NCBI GenBank assembly: GCA_963733675.1
Contig: CAVTET010000012.1
Span: 64,001-128,000 of the forward strand
DNA length: 64,000 bases
Reading direction: 5' to 3'
Origin: an uncultured Methanosarcinaceae archaeon
GTDB lineage: Archaea; Halobacteriota; Methanosarcinia; Methanosarcinales; Methanosarcinaceae
Part shown: positions 46,819-58,973 of the stretch, in pieces
Layout: every line of letters begins with the position of its first letter
Position numbering within the stretch: the first letter of the stretch is position 1
Program-made: the position numbers and the translations under genes
The notes under the pieces: generated by a model
The model's database searches: none
The model's input: the letters and a program-made list of their open reading frames with translations, nothing else
What the model was told of the DNA's origin: nothing

Positions 46819-48129
46819 ATGACAGGTAAATCCAATGATGGCGAAATGAAAATTGAACATGATGTTCATACTCAGAGAAAAAGCAGAAGAATACAAAAGA
46901 AATATGCTGAAAATATATCTAGATATTTTTCTGGTCCCTATCATTCATCGGCTGAAGTTCCGACAGATGTGGTTATAATCCGTTACGGAGAACTTGCTCT
47001 CAAAAGTCCTGGAATTAGGAACTGGTATGAGAAAATTCTTATAAAAAACATTGTGGCAATGTTGAATTCGAGAGGAATTACATATTCTCGAATTCGTCGG
47101 GAATGGGGACGGATATTCATCGAGACTATCGATTCTCATGCAGCTGAGGCGGCTGCCGATGTTTTTGGGGTTGTCTCAACTTCCGCTGCGTTGACAACAA
47201 AACCCAGCCTTGAGGATGCAGCTAGTGTGTGTGTGGCTCTTGCTCAAAATTTTATTCGTGATGGTGAATTTTTTGCAATCAGAGCAAGGAAAAGTGGAAA
47301 CCACCCTTTTTCCTCAGTAGATATTGGTAGAGCCTGTGGAGATGCTGTCTGGAATTTCATGGAGAATGAAGGAAAAAAACCTAGAGTTGACCTGACATCT
47401 CCTGATAAGGAGATCTTCGTCGAAATGCGGCAAAGCTTAGCGTATATTTATCTAAAAACATTTATTGGGGTTGGAGGGCTTCCACTTGGCACACAGGGCA
47501 GCATGGTAGTTCTAATATCAGGAGGATTTGATTCACCGGTTGCTGCCTGGATTATGATGAAACGTGGAGTTATGATCATTCCGGTCTATTGTAACAATAC
47601 TCCTTATGCCCAAAACGAAGCAAAAGAACGTGCTTTTGAATGCATTCGCCAACTTAATAAGTGGGCTCCAGGGCATCAGTTTACAACTTATGAGATTCCT
47701 CATGGTTCTAATCTGCAATCCTTTATTGCAAAATGCAATCGGAAAAATACCTGTCTTCTCTGTAAACGAATGATGTACAGAGAAGCCTATGAGATTATGA
47801 AAAAGGAAAAAGCAAGTGGAATTATCACCGGCTCTTCCCTCGGACAGGTAGCATCTCAAACTGCTGCCAACATGTACGCTGAGATTTATCAACTTCCAGT
47901 TCCAGTCTACCACCCTTTGATTGCCTTTGATAAAACAGAGATTATGGATATGGCCCGCAAAATTGAAACCTATGATATCTCCAGTCGATCGGCAGGAAGC
48001 TGTACTGCCGTTCCAGAACGTCCAGAAATCGGGGCAAATTACGATATGATTGCGCTTGAAGAAAAAAAAATGGATATCGAAACTATGGTTTCCAGTGCTT
48101 TAAAAGCCGCAAAGATTCTTAAACTATGA
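46819..48129 (+). CDS. thiI: tRNA 4-thiouridine synthase (archaeal Fe-S type); start uncertain
   Basis: RYGELALKS, THUMP domain, SGGFDSPVA PP-loop, CLLC, GQVASQT, third Cys. Confidence 0.95.
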   Translation: MTGKSNDGEMKIEHDVHTQRKSRRIQKKYAENISRYFSGPYHSSAEVPTDVVIIRYGELALKSPGIRNWYEKILIKNIVAMLNSRGITYSRIRREWGRIFIETIDSHAAEAAADVFGVVSTSAALTTKPSLEDAASVCVALAQNFIRDGEFFAIRARKSGNHPFSSVDIGRACGDAVWNFMENEGKKPRVDLTSPDKEIFVEMRQSLAYIYLKTFIGVGGLPLGTQGSMVVLISGGFDSPVAAWIMMKRGVMIIPVYCNNTPYAQNEAKERAFECIRQLNKWAPGHQFTTYEIPHGSNLQSFIAKCNRKNTCLLCKRMMYREAYEIMKKEKASGIITGSSLGQVASQTAANMYAEIYQLPVPVYHPLIAFDKTEIMDMARKIETYDISSRSAGSCTAVPERPEIGANYDMIALEEKKMDIETMVSSALKAAKILKL

Positions 48130-48214
48130 TATGGATAAAATCATTTTTCAGATTTAATTTATAATTCTCAGTAACCAAGAATTCCTAAGATTTTAGAGGA
48201 ATGTCCATTCCCAC

Positions 48215-49555
48215 AACAAGCTGCGTGAATCATCATCTTTGGCTCCTACCAAACTAGGGAAGATTTGATAGACTTACTTGTTCCATATTTCAAAAAGGAC
48301 TGGAAAATAATGAATTTTGCATGTGGGTCACATCACAACCTTTGGAAGTAGAAGAGGCAAAAGAAGCCCTTAGGAAGGTGGTTCCTGATAGTGATGTTTA
48401 TTTTGAGAAAGGACAACTTGAAATTATTCCTTACTTCCAGTGGTATGTAAAAGAGGGTACTTTCGATTCAGATAGAGTCTTGAATGGGTAGGTTGAAAAA
48501 CTCAATCCGGCTCTGGCTAATGGCTATGATGGTTTGAGGTTAACTGGAAATACTTTTTGGTTGGAAAAAGAAGATTGGGACGATTTTTTTGATTATGAGA
48601 AAGAGGTTGATAGAGTGATCGGTAACTACCAGATGATAGCTTTCTGCGCCTATCAGTTCGACAGGTGCAACGCAACCGGAATCATCGATGTAATCGTCAA
48701 CCACCAATTTGCTTTGATCAAAAAGAAAGGAAAATGGGAACAGACAGAAAGTTCCAAGCGTAGAGAAGCAGAAAAAAAGTAATTCTACAATCTTTGCATA
48801 GGAAAAAGGCAGAAGATACCCTACTCCAGGCTTATGAGAATCTCCAGATGAAATCCGAGGAGCTACAGCTTCAGTCTGAATAGGTCCAGGCGCAGAATGA
48901 GGAGTTGCGTACTCATCAGAAGAACTTCATGAAGCATATGAAACTATGAGGGAGAGCGAGGAACGTTTCCATACTCTGGCTAATGCGATACCACAATTGG
49001 CTTGGATTGCTCATCCAGATAGTTATATTTACTGGTATAACGAACGCTGGTACTCTTATACCGGTACCACACAGGAACAAATGAAGGGCTGGAGCTGGCA
49101 GAGTGTTCACGATCCAGACATGGCTACCAAAAGTACTTGAAAATTGGGAGGCTTCGCTTGCTACGGGGCAGATGTTTGATATGGAGTTTCTCCTGCGCGG
49201 CGCGGATGATATTTTCCGCCCGTTCCTTACTCGTGTTTTGCCGTTGAAAGACGCTGCAAGAAACGTTCTCCAATGGTTTGGGACAAATACCGATGTCACA
49301 GAGCGCAAACAAATGGAAGATCTTCTGCGTGAAAGTGAAGCACATCGTAGGGTTATTAAAGCTATCGAAGTTGAACGGCGGCGGTTATTTGACGTGCTAG
49401 ATACGCTTCCAGCAATGATATGTCTGTTGACATCTGACTATCGTGTCGCCTTTGCCAACCGCAGCTACCGCAAACATTTTGGTGCTTCAGGTGGGCGGCG
49501 CTGTTATGGATATCGCTTTGGATTCACAAAGCCGTGTGAGTTCTGCGAATCATAA
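48215..49555 (+). pseudogene. MEDS-PAS sensor protein (probably histidine kinase), fragmented and 3'-truncated
   Basis: EFCMWV, GLRLTGNTFWLEK (MEDS); ANAIPQLAWIA..WFGTNTD (PAS/PAC); multiple stops and frameshifts. Confidence 0.88.
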
Positions 49556-50251
49556 ATTGATCATGGAACAGATATCATTGTGAATTCGGCAACCAAATTT
49601 ATCGGTGGGCATGGGAGTTCAATCGGTGGTTCCATAGTAGATTCCGGAAAATTCTCATGGAACAATGGAAAGTTCCCGGAATTGACAGATCCTGATCCCA
49701 GTTATCACGGTTTGAAATATTGGGATACGTTTTCAAAATTCCCTGGTCTTGGTAATGTAGCATTTATCTTTAAAGTACGGCTGCAACTTCTTAGGGATAC
49801 CGGTGCTACTCTTTCATCCTTCAATCCTTTTCTATTACTTCTAGGAATTGAAACACTGCATCTGAGGATACAGCGACACTCAGAAAACGCCCTCACGGTA
49901 GCAAAATACCTTTCAAGCCATCCAAAAGTCTCATGGATAAATTATCCCGGTTTACCGGATCATCCAAGCCATGAGCTTGCATCTAGACACCTCAGAGATG
50001 GTTATGGTGCATTGATAGGTTTTGGTGTGAGTGGTGCAGATAAAACTTTTATAAATAATCTGAAGCTGTTTTCACATGTTACCAACATAGGAGACTCCAA
50101 AAGTTTTGTCATCCATCCTGCAACTACCACACATCAGCAGCTAACCCCAACTGAGCAAGAGGCAGCAGGCGTTAAGCCAGATTTCATACGCCTTCCCATT
50201 GGTATTGAGGATGTCGAAGATATAGTCTCGGATCTGAAACTAGCTCTTTAA
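49556..50251 (+). pseudogene. O-acetylhomoserine sulfhydrylase (MetY-like), C-terminal half only
   Basis: [38 protein letters not shown]; N-terminal half missing. Confidence 0.88.
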
Positions 50252-51171
50252 AAAGTGTGACAATAAGTTCTATTTCACATAATATTAGAGTTTCACTTTG
50301 AAACGCATTCAATAGGAACTCAAGAAAACCAGATTAGTTCATATAATAAGGACACTAACTGATTTTATCATTTTGTTTTTACCATGTTATAAGCGTCTGC
50401 TACTGCAAATATCCATATACCAAAAAATGTGAACAATCCAATGATAAGAGCCATCAAACAGAAGCTAAACCCCAATTCAGCAAGTATTGCAATTCCTCAA
50501 AATAAATCACCTGCATAGATCTGACAGGTCCTGGAATTATGAAAGATAATAACGCGGCAATCAGTGGACTTTTCTTTTTACTTTCGTTTTTTTTTCTATG
50601 TCACATTCATAGCTCAAAGACAATATCAATTCACCACTAAAACTATTTTTGTTTTACTTATTAAATATAATTTCGGCGTCTCCTTGAACCTTCATCACTC
50701 GAAACCTATACTTGCAGTCTTCAGGATTCAAAAATTTGAGTCATCTTTTTGAGTGTTTCAGTCATTTGTATTTATGCTTGCTTATTTGTTACTAGTGTTG
50801 ACGGATTCGAATTGTTAACTTGATTTTAAGATATTACATTTTTTTCTTCATTGTAAATAATAAAAACAATTCAAGGATCAGTATCGTAGAAAAAGACATC
50901 TGGATAATGTTTTCAATTTTGCTTATGTTTGATATTACTTTGTAAATACTGGGACAAACAAGTCAGACAAATATATTCTTATATTATTTGGAATGATCAG
51001 GTTTAAAAACACTTAAGCAAAAATTTTGATTTTTTATTTTTGCCGTGTAACTACAAAAAATTTGGAGAAAAATAGGAAAATTTCACAAATATAATAGAAT
51101 TTTTCAAAGCTCGGAGAATTAAACTTTAGGAAATATAATGTGATCTACCAGCATCTTCCATTTTTTTTAAT

Positions 51172-51453
51172 TTACTGTTTGTTTTGTATATCTTTTTCTA
51201 CCTCTTTGATCATCGATTCTACAATGTTTGCTTTTTCGCAGTGAGAAGCTTCTTTTGGCTTGCAATTTATGAGAATACTCATCAATCTGTCGGCTGTCTG
51301 GTAAAACTTCATATCTTCCAGCCTGACAAGCAATTCTGACAAAATCTCGCTAAATCCCCTGCATTTATCGTGGTTACAGACTGCCTGCTGATGAAGCTGA
51401 CATAAGTGCTGTAAATCTTTTAATATTTCGTTTGGGATATTATTCTCAATCAT
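51172..51453 (-). CDS. Hypothetical Cys/His-rich protein
   Basis: 93-aa ORF with SD GGAG. Confidence 0.65.
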   Translation of the reverse strand: MIENNIPNEILKDLQHLCQLHQQAVCNHDKCRGFSEILSELLVRLEDMKFYQTADRLMSILINCKPKEASHCEKANIVESMIKEVEKDIQNKQ

Positions 51454-51829
51454 AAGAAATGCTCCAATTTAATAATTTGATCGTGTCAGTAGGTTCTTGA
51501 TTAATTATGAAAAATGAGTACTACCCAATAATTTAACAAAAATACAGAGATATCCTTATGCTCACTATTTTCAGTAACTTGCGGCCATTAGCTAAAAATT
51601 AGATTTTTAGACAAAACTATGGGCGCGAAAAAATTTACGTGGTTAGCATTTTCGAACGCTGTAGGCAAATCTTGGACATATTCTTTTGCAATTAAAGTAA
51701 TAAGGATAATTCAATATGACACAAATGGATATTGTAATATTTTTCCTTGAGATCTCTGTGATGCTTTTCATGGCACTTTTGCGTTGTCATATAATGGGTA
51801 TCTTCGTTTTCATGTGTATTAGTTAAGTT

Positions 51830-52298
51830 TTTTGGGGGCATCATTCTCGAGCCGACGGTTTTTAGATGGCTTAGTCCAGTTACTTATCGAGTGCTATTTC
51901 CAGCATTTGGTGCTATTTTTCAGGGTAAGAATGCACCACTCATATTTGCATCCTTTTCTTTTTATTCATTGCAGGTCTGCAAATAACCTGAGGCTCGTTA
52001 GAAACAGAGGCATTCACATAGAATGAGCCACCTTAATTGGCATATTGTTACCATTTACAATTGGTTTTGGTATGGTCGTCACGTTCCCGAATATGTGGGG
52101 AGTATTTCAAGAGCGGAACATTTTTTTGTGATGTTCATGGGAACAGCATTGCAATATCAGCCCTTCCAGTCATTTCTAGAACTCTCATGGACCTAGTTTG
52201 CTGAATACAGATATAGGGGGTGATAATTATTGGGCCGCAACAGTCAATGATCTGATCGGGTGGTCGTTATTTGCTTTTATTCCGAGCAATTTCGTACT
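51830..52298 (+). pseudogene. Cation:proton antiporter (CPA2/KefB-like) fragment
   Basis: AISALPVISRTLMDL and AATVNDLIGW motifs; fused to truncated IS6. Confidence 0.7.
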
Positions 52299-52803
52299 AC
52301 CTATAGTAGGTGGATAAGCTGGATTTTTATCAACGGTTATTACTCTTGGAATTTGATTATGATTAGAACTCGAAGCTTTCTTAAAGAATCTCTTCGCTGC
52401 TTTTCTATTTCGTTTTGCACTTAACATGAAATCGATTATGTCCCCATCTGAGTCACCTGCTCGGTAAAAAAATTTCCATTTACCTTTTACTTTGATATAG
52501 GTTTCATCAACTCTCCACGAATCATTTGTTGTTCTTAAATGTCTTCTTATCTTCTTTTCTATTTCAAGGGAATATTGATGTACCCATCCCATTATAGTAC
52601 TGTGATCAACTTGAATTCCTCTTTCTATCATCATTTCCTTTAAATTTCTATAGCTCAATTGATATTTTAAGTACCATCTTACATTCAATAAGATAATTTC
52701 TCCTTCATAATGCTTCCATTTAAAGGAATTAGATAGCATATTACTATCTTTGGTTTTCTTTTTATTCTATTGTATAATTAGAAAGAATTTTTGCAACGGA
52801 ACC
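52299..52803 (-). mobile_element. IS6 copy 4, 3'-truncated
   Basis: Left TIR ending 52803; transposase homology stops at NPAYPPTIG. Confidence 0.93.
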
Positions 52804-53456
52804 AGTCCTTTTCAGTATACTTTCAATATTAGGTTAAAATCGGATTTAATGCGATAGCTGCAATTTGACTTAGAGATATACAGCTATTATAATAAAATTT
52901 ATGCATTCTTCTCAAATTTCAGTATAAAAATCTCCGAAAATTTCAGCCTAAATTGGTAAAATGCAGAGATTTTACTACAAAAAAACGATGTATGAATCCC
53001 GATAAAAATTTGATAAAACAATAAATGCACATTATTGAATAAAACCGAGAAAAGAGTCTAGAAGTTTCGTGAATTTGTTGTAAATGTAATGTAATTAACA
53101 TTTATTCAGATTTTATATATAATTTAAAATTTCTTTGGTTAATTAAGAAATTTTTTAATATGTTCTTAACAAAATAAGCTGATATAATACATTTGTATTT
53201 CTCCAGTTAATGAAATAACTGGGAAACAATTATGAAAACTTGAAAATATTTAAATTGCAATTTTACATAGATTCTCTGTGTTCATTTCGATTCTCAGGTA
53301 CTAAATTCTATAAAATCAAATTGTGTACATAGATGATGAGCATATTTTTTTTCAGTCAGTTGTATAAATTTTTATTCCCCCAAATGAAAAGGCTTTTATT
53401 TTCTAATTATAACATATTAATGGATATTTTTTTCATAAATATTATTTGGGGATAAA

Positions 53457-53783
53457 ATGAATACGAGTGAAAATTCAAAAGTTCCGTATATTGTAGAAAA
53501 TATCAAGAAATGTATGTGTCCAAAGTGTCCAGTTCAAACAAACAGCAAATGTGCAACGGATAAACTCGAAAACTTAGTAAAGGGGTTAGAAAATGCACGA
53601 GAAGGTGAGGTTCCTGAACCTCAAAACGTTCCTGGAATATATTGTTCGACGGGCAAATCTACCTGTCAGGATCTTAATCTAAAAGAACAGTGTATATGCT
53701 ATACCTGCGCTGTCTGGAAGGAGTACGATCTGCAAAATGTAAAGCTTGGGATGTATTTCTGTCAGAAAGGTAAAGCTGTTTGA
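53457..53783 (+). CDS. DUF2769-like Cys-rich protein
   Basis: CMCPKCP, YCSTGKS.C, CICYTCAV, YFC. Confidence 0.8.
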   Translation: MNTSENSKVPYIVENIKKCMCPKCPVQTNSKCATDKLENLVKGLENAREGEVPEPQNVPGIYCSTGKSTCQDLNLKEQCICYTCAVWKEYDLQNVKLGMYFCQKGKAV

Positions 53784-53925
53784 AATAAATAAAAGAATTA
53801 GGGACTTTTTAAGTCCCAGGAATTCCTTTTTAAATAGTTCGTTTTAGTATCCTATTCTCTTTCTATCTGTTGAAGAGGCCCAGGAACTTTGAATAATATT
53901 TGGAAATTTGCTGGTAGGAAGTAAA

Positions 53926-54316
53926 ATGTCCCTAGGCTCAAGACCTTTTATGCTATCTGATCTCTCACTGCTTATTTAGATCTTAGCTTTTTCCTGTCTT
54001 TTGTACGCAGTTTACAGGAGAAGAGAAAGCATAGTCAGCCATGGGAAAATAGCTTCAATAGCTTTTTATCTTGCATTGCCTGCCGTTTTCTATATGCTGT
54101 ATAATAGATTAAGAAACACTACCCTATTACAATTTGCTTCTGAACCTGCACATGCTTCTCGGCATACTAACTATCACAACTGGAACTCTATTTGTTACCA
54201 ATCAGTGGAAGTGGAAAATAAAAAAATATATGGACCTCGAGATTCTCCTGTGGATAGGTACTTTACTCTTAGGTATCACAGTTTATATGCTACTTTACGG
54301 TCCAGGTTTATTCTAA
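53926..54316 (+). pseudogene. Small multi-TM protein (DUF420-like), disrupted
   Basis: In-frame TAG at 53977 and frameshift near 54130; His-containing TM helices. Confidence 0.5.
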
Positions 54317-54437
54317 TCTATTAAGTTGCTGAAATCTTAAAAATTCTCTAATGAATATGGATTGTTCTTACCACCTGAGAGCAAAACCAAAAACTTACGA
54401 TTTGTCTCAGCACTCTATTATCAGTCTTGTGAAGCTT

Positions 54438-54821
54438 TCACTTTTTCTCAGTCACTGTTATAGTCCCTTTCATAGAAGGATGGATTGAACAAATATAATC
54501 ATATGTTCCGGATTTTGTAAACGTGAATTCATAAGCATCTTTTTGTGCTAATGATCCGGACTCGAAATTAGATCCTTTTACTATATGAGTGACAGAGTCC
54601 TGATTTGTCCACCTGACGGTATCACCTACTGATATTGTTACTAATGTATGATTAAAGGCAAAATTCTTAATCGATATATCGACAATCTTACCTTGACCAG
54701 TAACTTGAAGTGTAGCAGTTGTTTCGTTTGGAGCTGCTGGCTTCTGAGTATTATTTCCGACACACCCTGTTGCCAAAAATACAATAAACATGACTAGTAA
54801 AATAATAAGATGTTTTCTCAT
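54438..54821 (-). CDS. Plastocyanin/cupredoxin-family lipoprotein
   Basis: Lipobox ATGC; WTNQDSVTH; YICSIHPSM type-1 Cu site. Confidence 0.92.
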   Translation of the reverse strand: MRKHLIILLVMFIVFLATGCVGNNTQKPAAPNETTATLQVTGQGKIVDISIKNFAFNHTLVTISVGDTVRWTNQDSVTHIVKGSNFESGSLAQKDAYEFTFTKSGTYDYICSIHPSMKGTITVTEKK

Positions 54822-55539
54822 TGGCTCTCACTTGGAAAAATTATATATAATTGATATTTTGATTTTAAAAATTGCTTTTAAGCTCTAGATATAGCAAGTA
54901 TTGATAAAGCTTAACTCTTGCTGGTCATTAAATTCAAACTTTTGAAGATGCTGCTTTTTGATGCTTGGCGAATTCTTTTATTCATCTATTTTTATCAAAT
55001 AGTTAGTATTATGTATAAATAAAGACAGTTATATTTTTGGAAACTAAGTTTCTGAACAAAATATATTAAAATCAGTTTTGAGTCTCTGCCTATCTGAAGA
55101 GCAATCGAGAAGTGGCGTGAAGAACAGATAGAAAAATGGAAAATGAAGGTCTGAGCTCCATAATTCAAGATACTTTAATATATTTTTCTAAAACTATGTC
55201 ATGCTAAGATTCTGGAAGTTGCGTAACTAATAACTTCTTAAGTGAGCTATAAAAATTTGTTAAAATTTCAACTTATATTTAGCAGCTATACATTTTCATA
55301 TTTAGTGATTGGCTGCATGTCTTTTTATAGGCACGCATGCAAGCTTCTATAGTGAAGTATTGCTAAATTGTCCTCTTCATATGATATCATTTTTTATAGC
55401 TCATTCAATAATCTCGCCAAATAATCATTATACCTAAAATGAAATGATCTGCTAATACTCTCCAAGCTTGAACTGACCCTGTAGCTTTATATCTTTATGC
55501 AGCGAATTATTAGGCATAGATTATTTTTAAGAGCTGAAT

Positions 55540-57532
55540 ATGCCAAGAGGGACTATAATAGGTAATGGTAGGCTGGCTATCGCTTTTGATAGGGAATCGA
55601 GGGTCAGAGATCTATATTATCCCCAAATAGGCCTAGAGAATCATGTAGGAGGCCATATTTTTAGGAATGGCGTTTGGGTAGATGGAAAATTCAGATGGGT
55701 CGATGGCAGCTGGGGTATTAAGATGGAATACATGCCTGAGACGCTAGTCAGCAGGACCAGAGCTAGTCATTCTGAGTTGGGCATCACTATAGAAACCAAT
55801 GAAGGAGTCCATAATTATTTGGATGTTTACCTTAAGAAATTGATTATCCATAACAACGAGGATTCACTTAGGAAAGCTAGGCTCTTTTTCAGTCATGATT
55901 TTCATATCTACGGCGATGCATTTGGCGATACTGTAATGTACGACTCTGCTCTAAACTCTATAATCCATTATAAACGTATGCGCTACTTCCTTATTGATGG
56001 CATAACTAGTCAAGGCAAAGGAATCCACCAGTTTGCTACCGGAAGCAAGGAGATACCCGGCATGACAGGCACCTGGGTGGATGCAGAGGACGGACTACTT
56101 AGTGGATTCCCCATTTCCCAAGGATCTGTAGATTAGACAGTTTCCTTTGAGCTTGATCTGGCTCCTAAATCATATGAAATACTCTATTACTGGATAGCCT
56201 GTGGCCAAGATTTGAATGATGTCCAAAATATGGATTCTAGGGTTAAAAAGACTGGCGTAGAACAACTACTCCTAGAGACTGAAAACTATTTTGCCGCTTG
56301 GGTGGACAAGAAGGGATCGAACCTTAGCATTTTGCCTAACGAGATAACAAAAATGTTCAAGCAATCATTGCTGATAATGAGAGCAGGCATGGATAACGGT
56401 GGTGGCATAATTGCCTCATGTGATTCAGATAACCTTCAATTCAATAGAGATACCTATGCATATATATGGATGAGGGATGGAGCTTTTATAGCCAATCCTT
56501 GGGACCTAGCAGCCGTTCAGGATGTCTCTAGACTTTTCTTTCAGTTTTGCAATAAGACGATAACTACTAAAGGGTATTTCCATCATAAGTATGCTCCAGA
56601 TGGCTCTGTAGGCAGCAGCTGGCTCGCATCCATCGGCCAAAACGGCAGAATTCAGCTTCCAATTCAGGAAGATGAGACTGCTATTGTTCTCTATGCCCTT
56701 TGGAAACACTTTGAGAACCACAATGATATCGAGTTCATAGCGAAAGTTTACGATAAGCTGGTGGTAAAGGCTTCAGAGTTTCTTCTGGATTATATTGATC
56801 CCAAAACAGGGCTTCTCAGGCCATCCTTTGATCTCTGGGAGGAAAAAGCAGGGACATTTACCTGGACCGTCTCTGCAGTCTATGCTGCCCTAATAGCAGC
56901 TGCTAATTTTGCAAAGGTATTCTTTGATAGATATCATTATGATGTCTTGTGCAGTGCTGCAAAAAGTATCAGAAAAGCAATGATTACCTATCTATATAAT
57001 GGCAATATGCACAGATTTGCTAAAGCGATCAATGAAGACGGGTCTCAGGATATGACCATAAACAGCAGCCTGTCAGGAGTCTTTTTATTCGAAGTTTTTG
57101 ATGCATCTGACGAAGTCGTCGAGGGCACAATGAGGGCAGTTGCGGATAAACTCTGGGTAAAAACGGATATAGGGGGCGTTTCACGCTATGAGAATGATGG
57201 ATACTTCCGTGTCTCAAAAAATGTTGCAGGAAACCCATGGTTCATCTGCACCCTCTGGCTAGCTAGGTGGTACATTGGCCAGGGCTTCTAGACTAGATCA
57301 GCTCAAAAAAGGCTTAGATTTGCTTTTCTGGGCTACAAAACACGCTCAACCTTCAGGGGTAATGGGGGAGCAGATAGATCCCAATACTGGAGTACCTTTG
57401 AGTGTTTCTCCACTATTCTGGAGCCATGCGAAATTTGTAATCGCTGTGTGCGAATATTTGAAAAGGTATAACGAGATATCATCTTTTGTCGCCAGCCAGA
57501 GCAGGGATCCATATGTACCTAAAACTATGTAA
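55540..57532 (+). pseudogene. Glycoside hydrolase family 15 (glucoamylase-like), disrupted
   Basis: YAYIWMRDG, QEDET, DLWEE, RYENDGY, GEQ..SPLFWSHA; in-frame TAG at 56134 and frameshift near 57276. Confidence 0.92.
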
Positions 57533-57902
57533 TACGAATAATGTTCCCGTTGGAAGTATGAAGAAATTCTATCTGAGGGAGCAGGAGTTTTTAGTTGTCA
57601 ATTTAAATAGCCAGTTCCACTGCCTTGATGGTAGGTGCACCCATGCAGGGGCACCCCTAGCAGAAGGGACTCTGGAAGGGGAAGTCCTTACCTGCCCATG
57701 GCATTATTCACGATTCAAAATTACAGATGGATCAGTGATTAATGGACCTGCGATGAAGCCCCTGAATGTTTACCGATATGAGATAAAGGATGGTCAGTTG
57801 TTGTTGGAGCTTAAGACGAAGACACTGTTTTTATACTTTATGAGATTCCGTTGCAAAAAATCTGGCTTTCATGCAAAATCAGAAAAAACCCTTAACAATT
57901 AG
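57513..57902 (+). CDS. Rieske [2Fe-2S] ferredoxin; frame runs into a MITE
   Basis: CTHAG..L and CPWH motifs. Confidence 0.88.
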   Translation: MYLKLCNTNNVPVGSMKKFYLREQEFLVVNLNSQFHCLDGRCTHAGAPLAEGTLEGEVLTCPWHYSRFKITDGSVINGPAMKPLNVYRYEIKDGQLLLELKTKTLFLYFMRFRCKKSGFHAKSEKTLNN

Positions 57903-57994
57903 GAAAGGTAATCATTTTCATTAGAAAGAAAATGACATATAAAGGTGAAAATTATAGTGTCAAATTGCAGAAATATTATTTTTACAACGGAACC
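57844..57994. mobile_element. IS6-type MITE (151 bp)
   Basis: Termini GATTCCGTTGCAAAAA / TTTTTACAACGGAACC match the resident IS6 TIR; no transposase inside. Confidence 0.85.
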
Positions 57995-58118
57995 ATATCT
58001 AATATAGGAATATGCTTGTTTCCTTCTGTAAGTAGTCGATTAAATGCAAAAAAGATAATAAGAACCACATCTATACTAAAGAATCATCATTCTTTGGATT
58101 AATTTTGTGGCTACATGT

Positions 58119-58973
58119 GGTTCCGTTGCAAAAAAAGATGAGACCGATACTATGAAATAAATAGGAATTTAAGAATATATAATATGCCAGTAAATGCCTT
58201 TAGATGGAAACACTTTGTAGGATAAATCATTCTGCAAACGGTAAGATGGTACTTAAAATATCCATTGAGCTATATAAATTTAAAGGAAATGATGATAGAA
58301 AGAAGAATTCAAGTTGATCACAGTACTATAATGAGATGGGTACATCAATATTCCCTTGAAATAGAAAAGAAGATAAGAAGACATTTAAGAACAACAAATG
58401 ATTCGTGGAGAGTTGATGAAACCTATATCAAAGTAAAAGGTAAATGGAAATTTTTTTACCGAGCAGGTGACTCAGATGGGGACATAATCGATTTCATGTT
58501 AAGTGCAAAACGAAATAGAAAAGCAGCGAAGAGATTCTTTAAGAAAGCTTCGAGTTCTAATCATAATCAAATTCCAAGAGTAATAACCGTTGATAAAAAT
58601 CCTGCTCATCCACCTGCTATAGGTAAACTGAAAAATGATAAAATACTACCTAAAAACGTAGGTATTCGACAAATCAAGTATTTGAATAACATTATAGAAC
58701 AAGATCATAGATCTATAAAGCGAATCGTTAATCCAATGTTAGGATTTCAGTCTTTTCGGTCTGCTAATAAGACTTTAAAAGGAATTGAAGCTATAAATAT
58801 GATCAAAAAAGGACAAGTAAATGATCTAAATTACTCTGTTCTTAATGAAGTCAAATACATTAATCAATTATTTGGTATAGTTTTATAATGTTAGTACATT
58901 TTCCTTGAATATTTTGATTTTTATTCATTACTTATAGATTTACATATTTTGTTGAATTTTTTGCAACGGAACC
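58119..58973 (+). mobile_element. IS6 copy 5, chimeric; transposase 58184-58888 has TAA at 58223
   Basis: Both TIRs present; 5' end MPVNAFRWKHFVG* differs from the other copies; middle nearly identical to copy 4. Confidence 0.95.
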
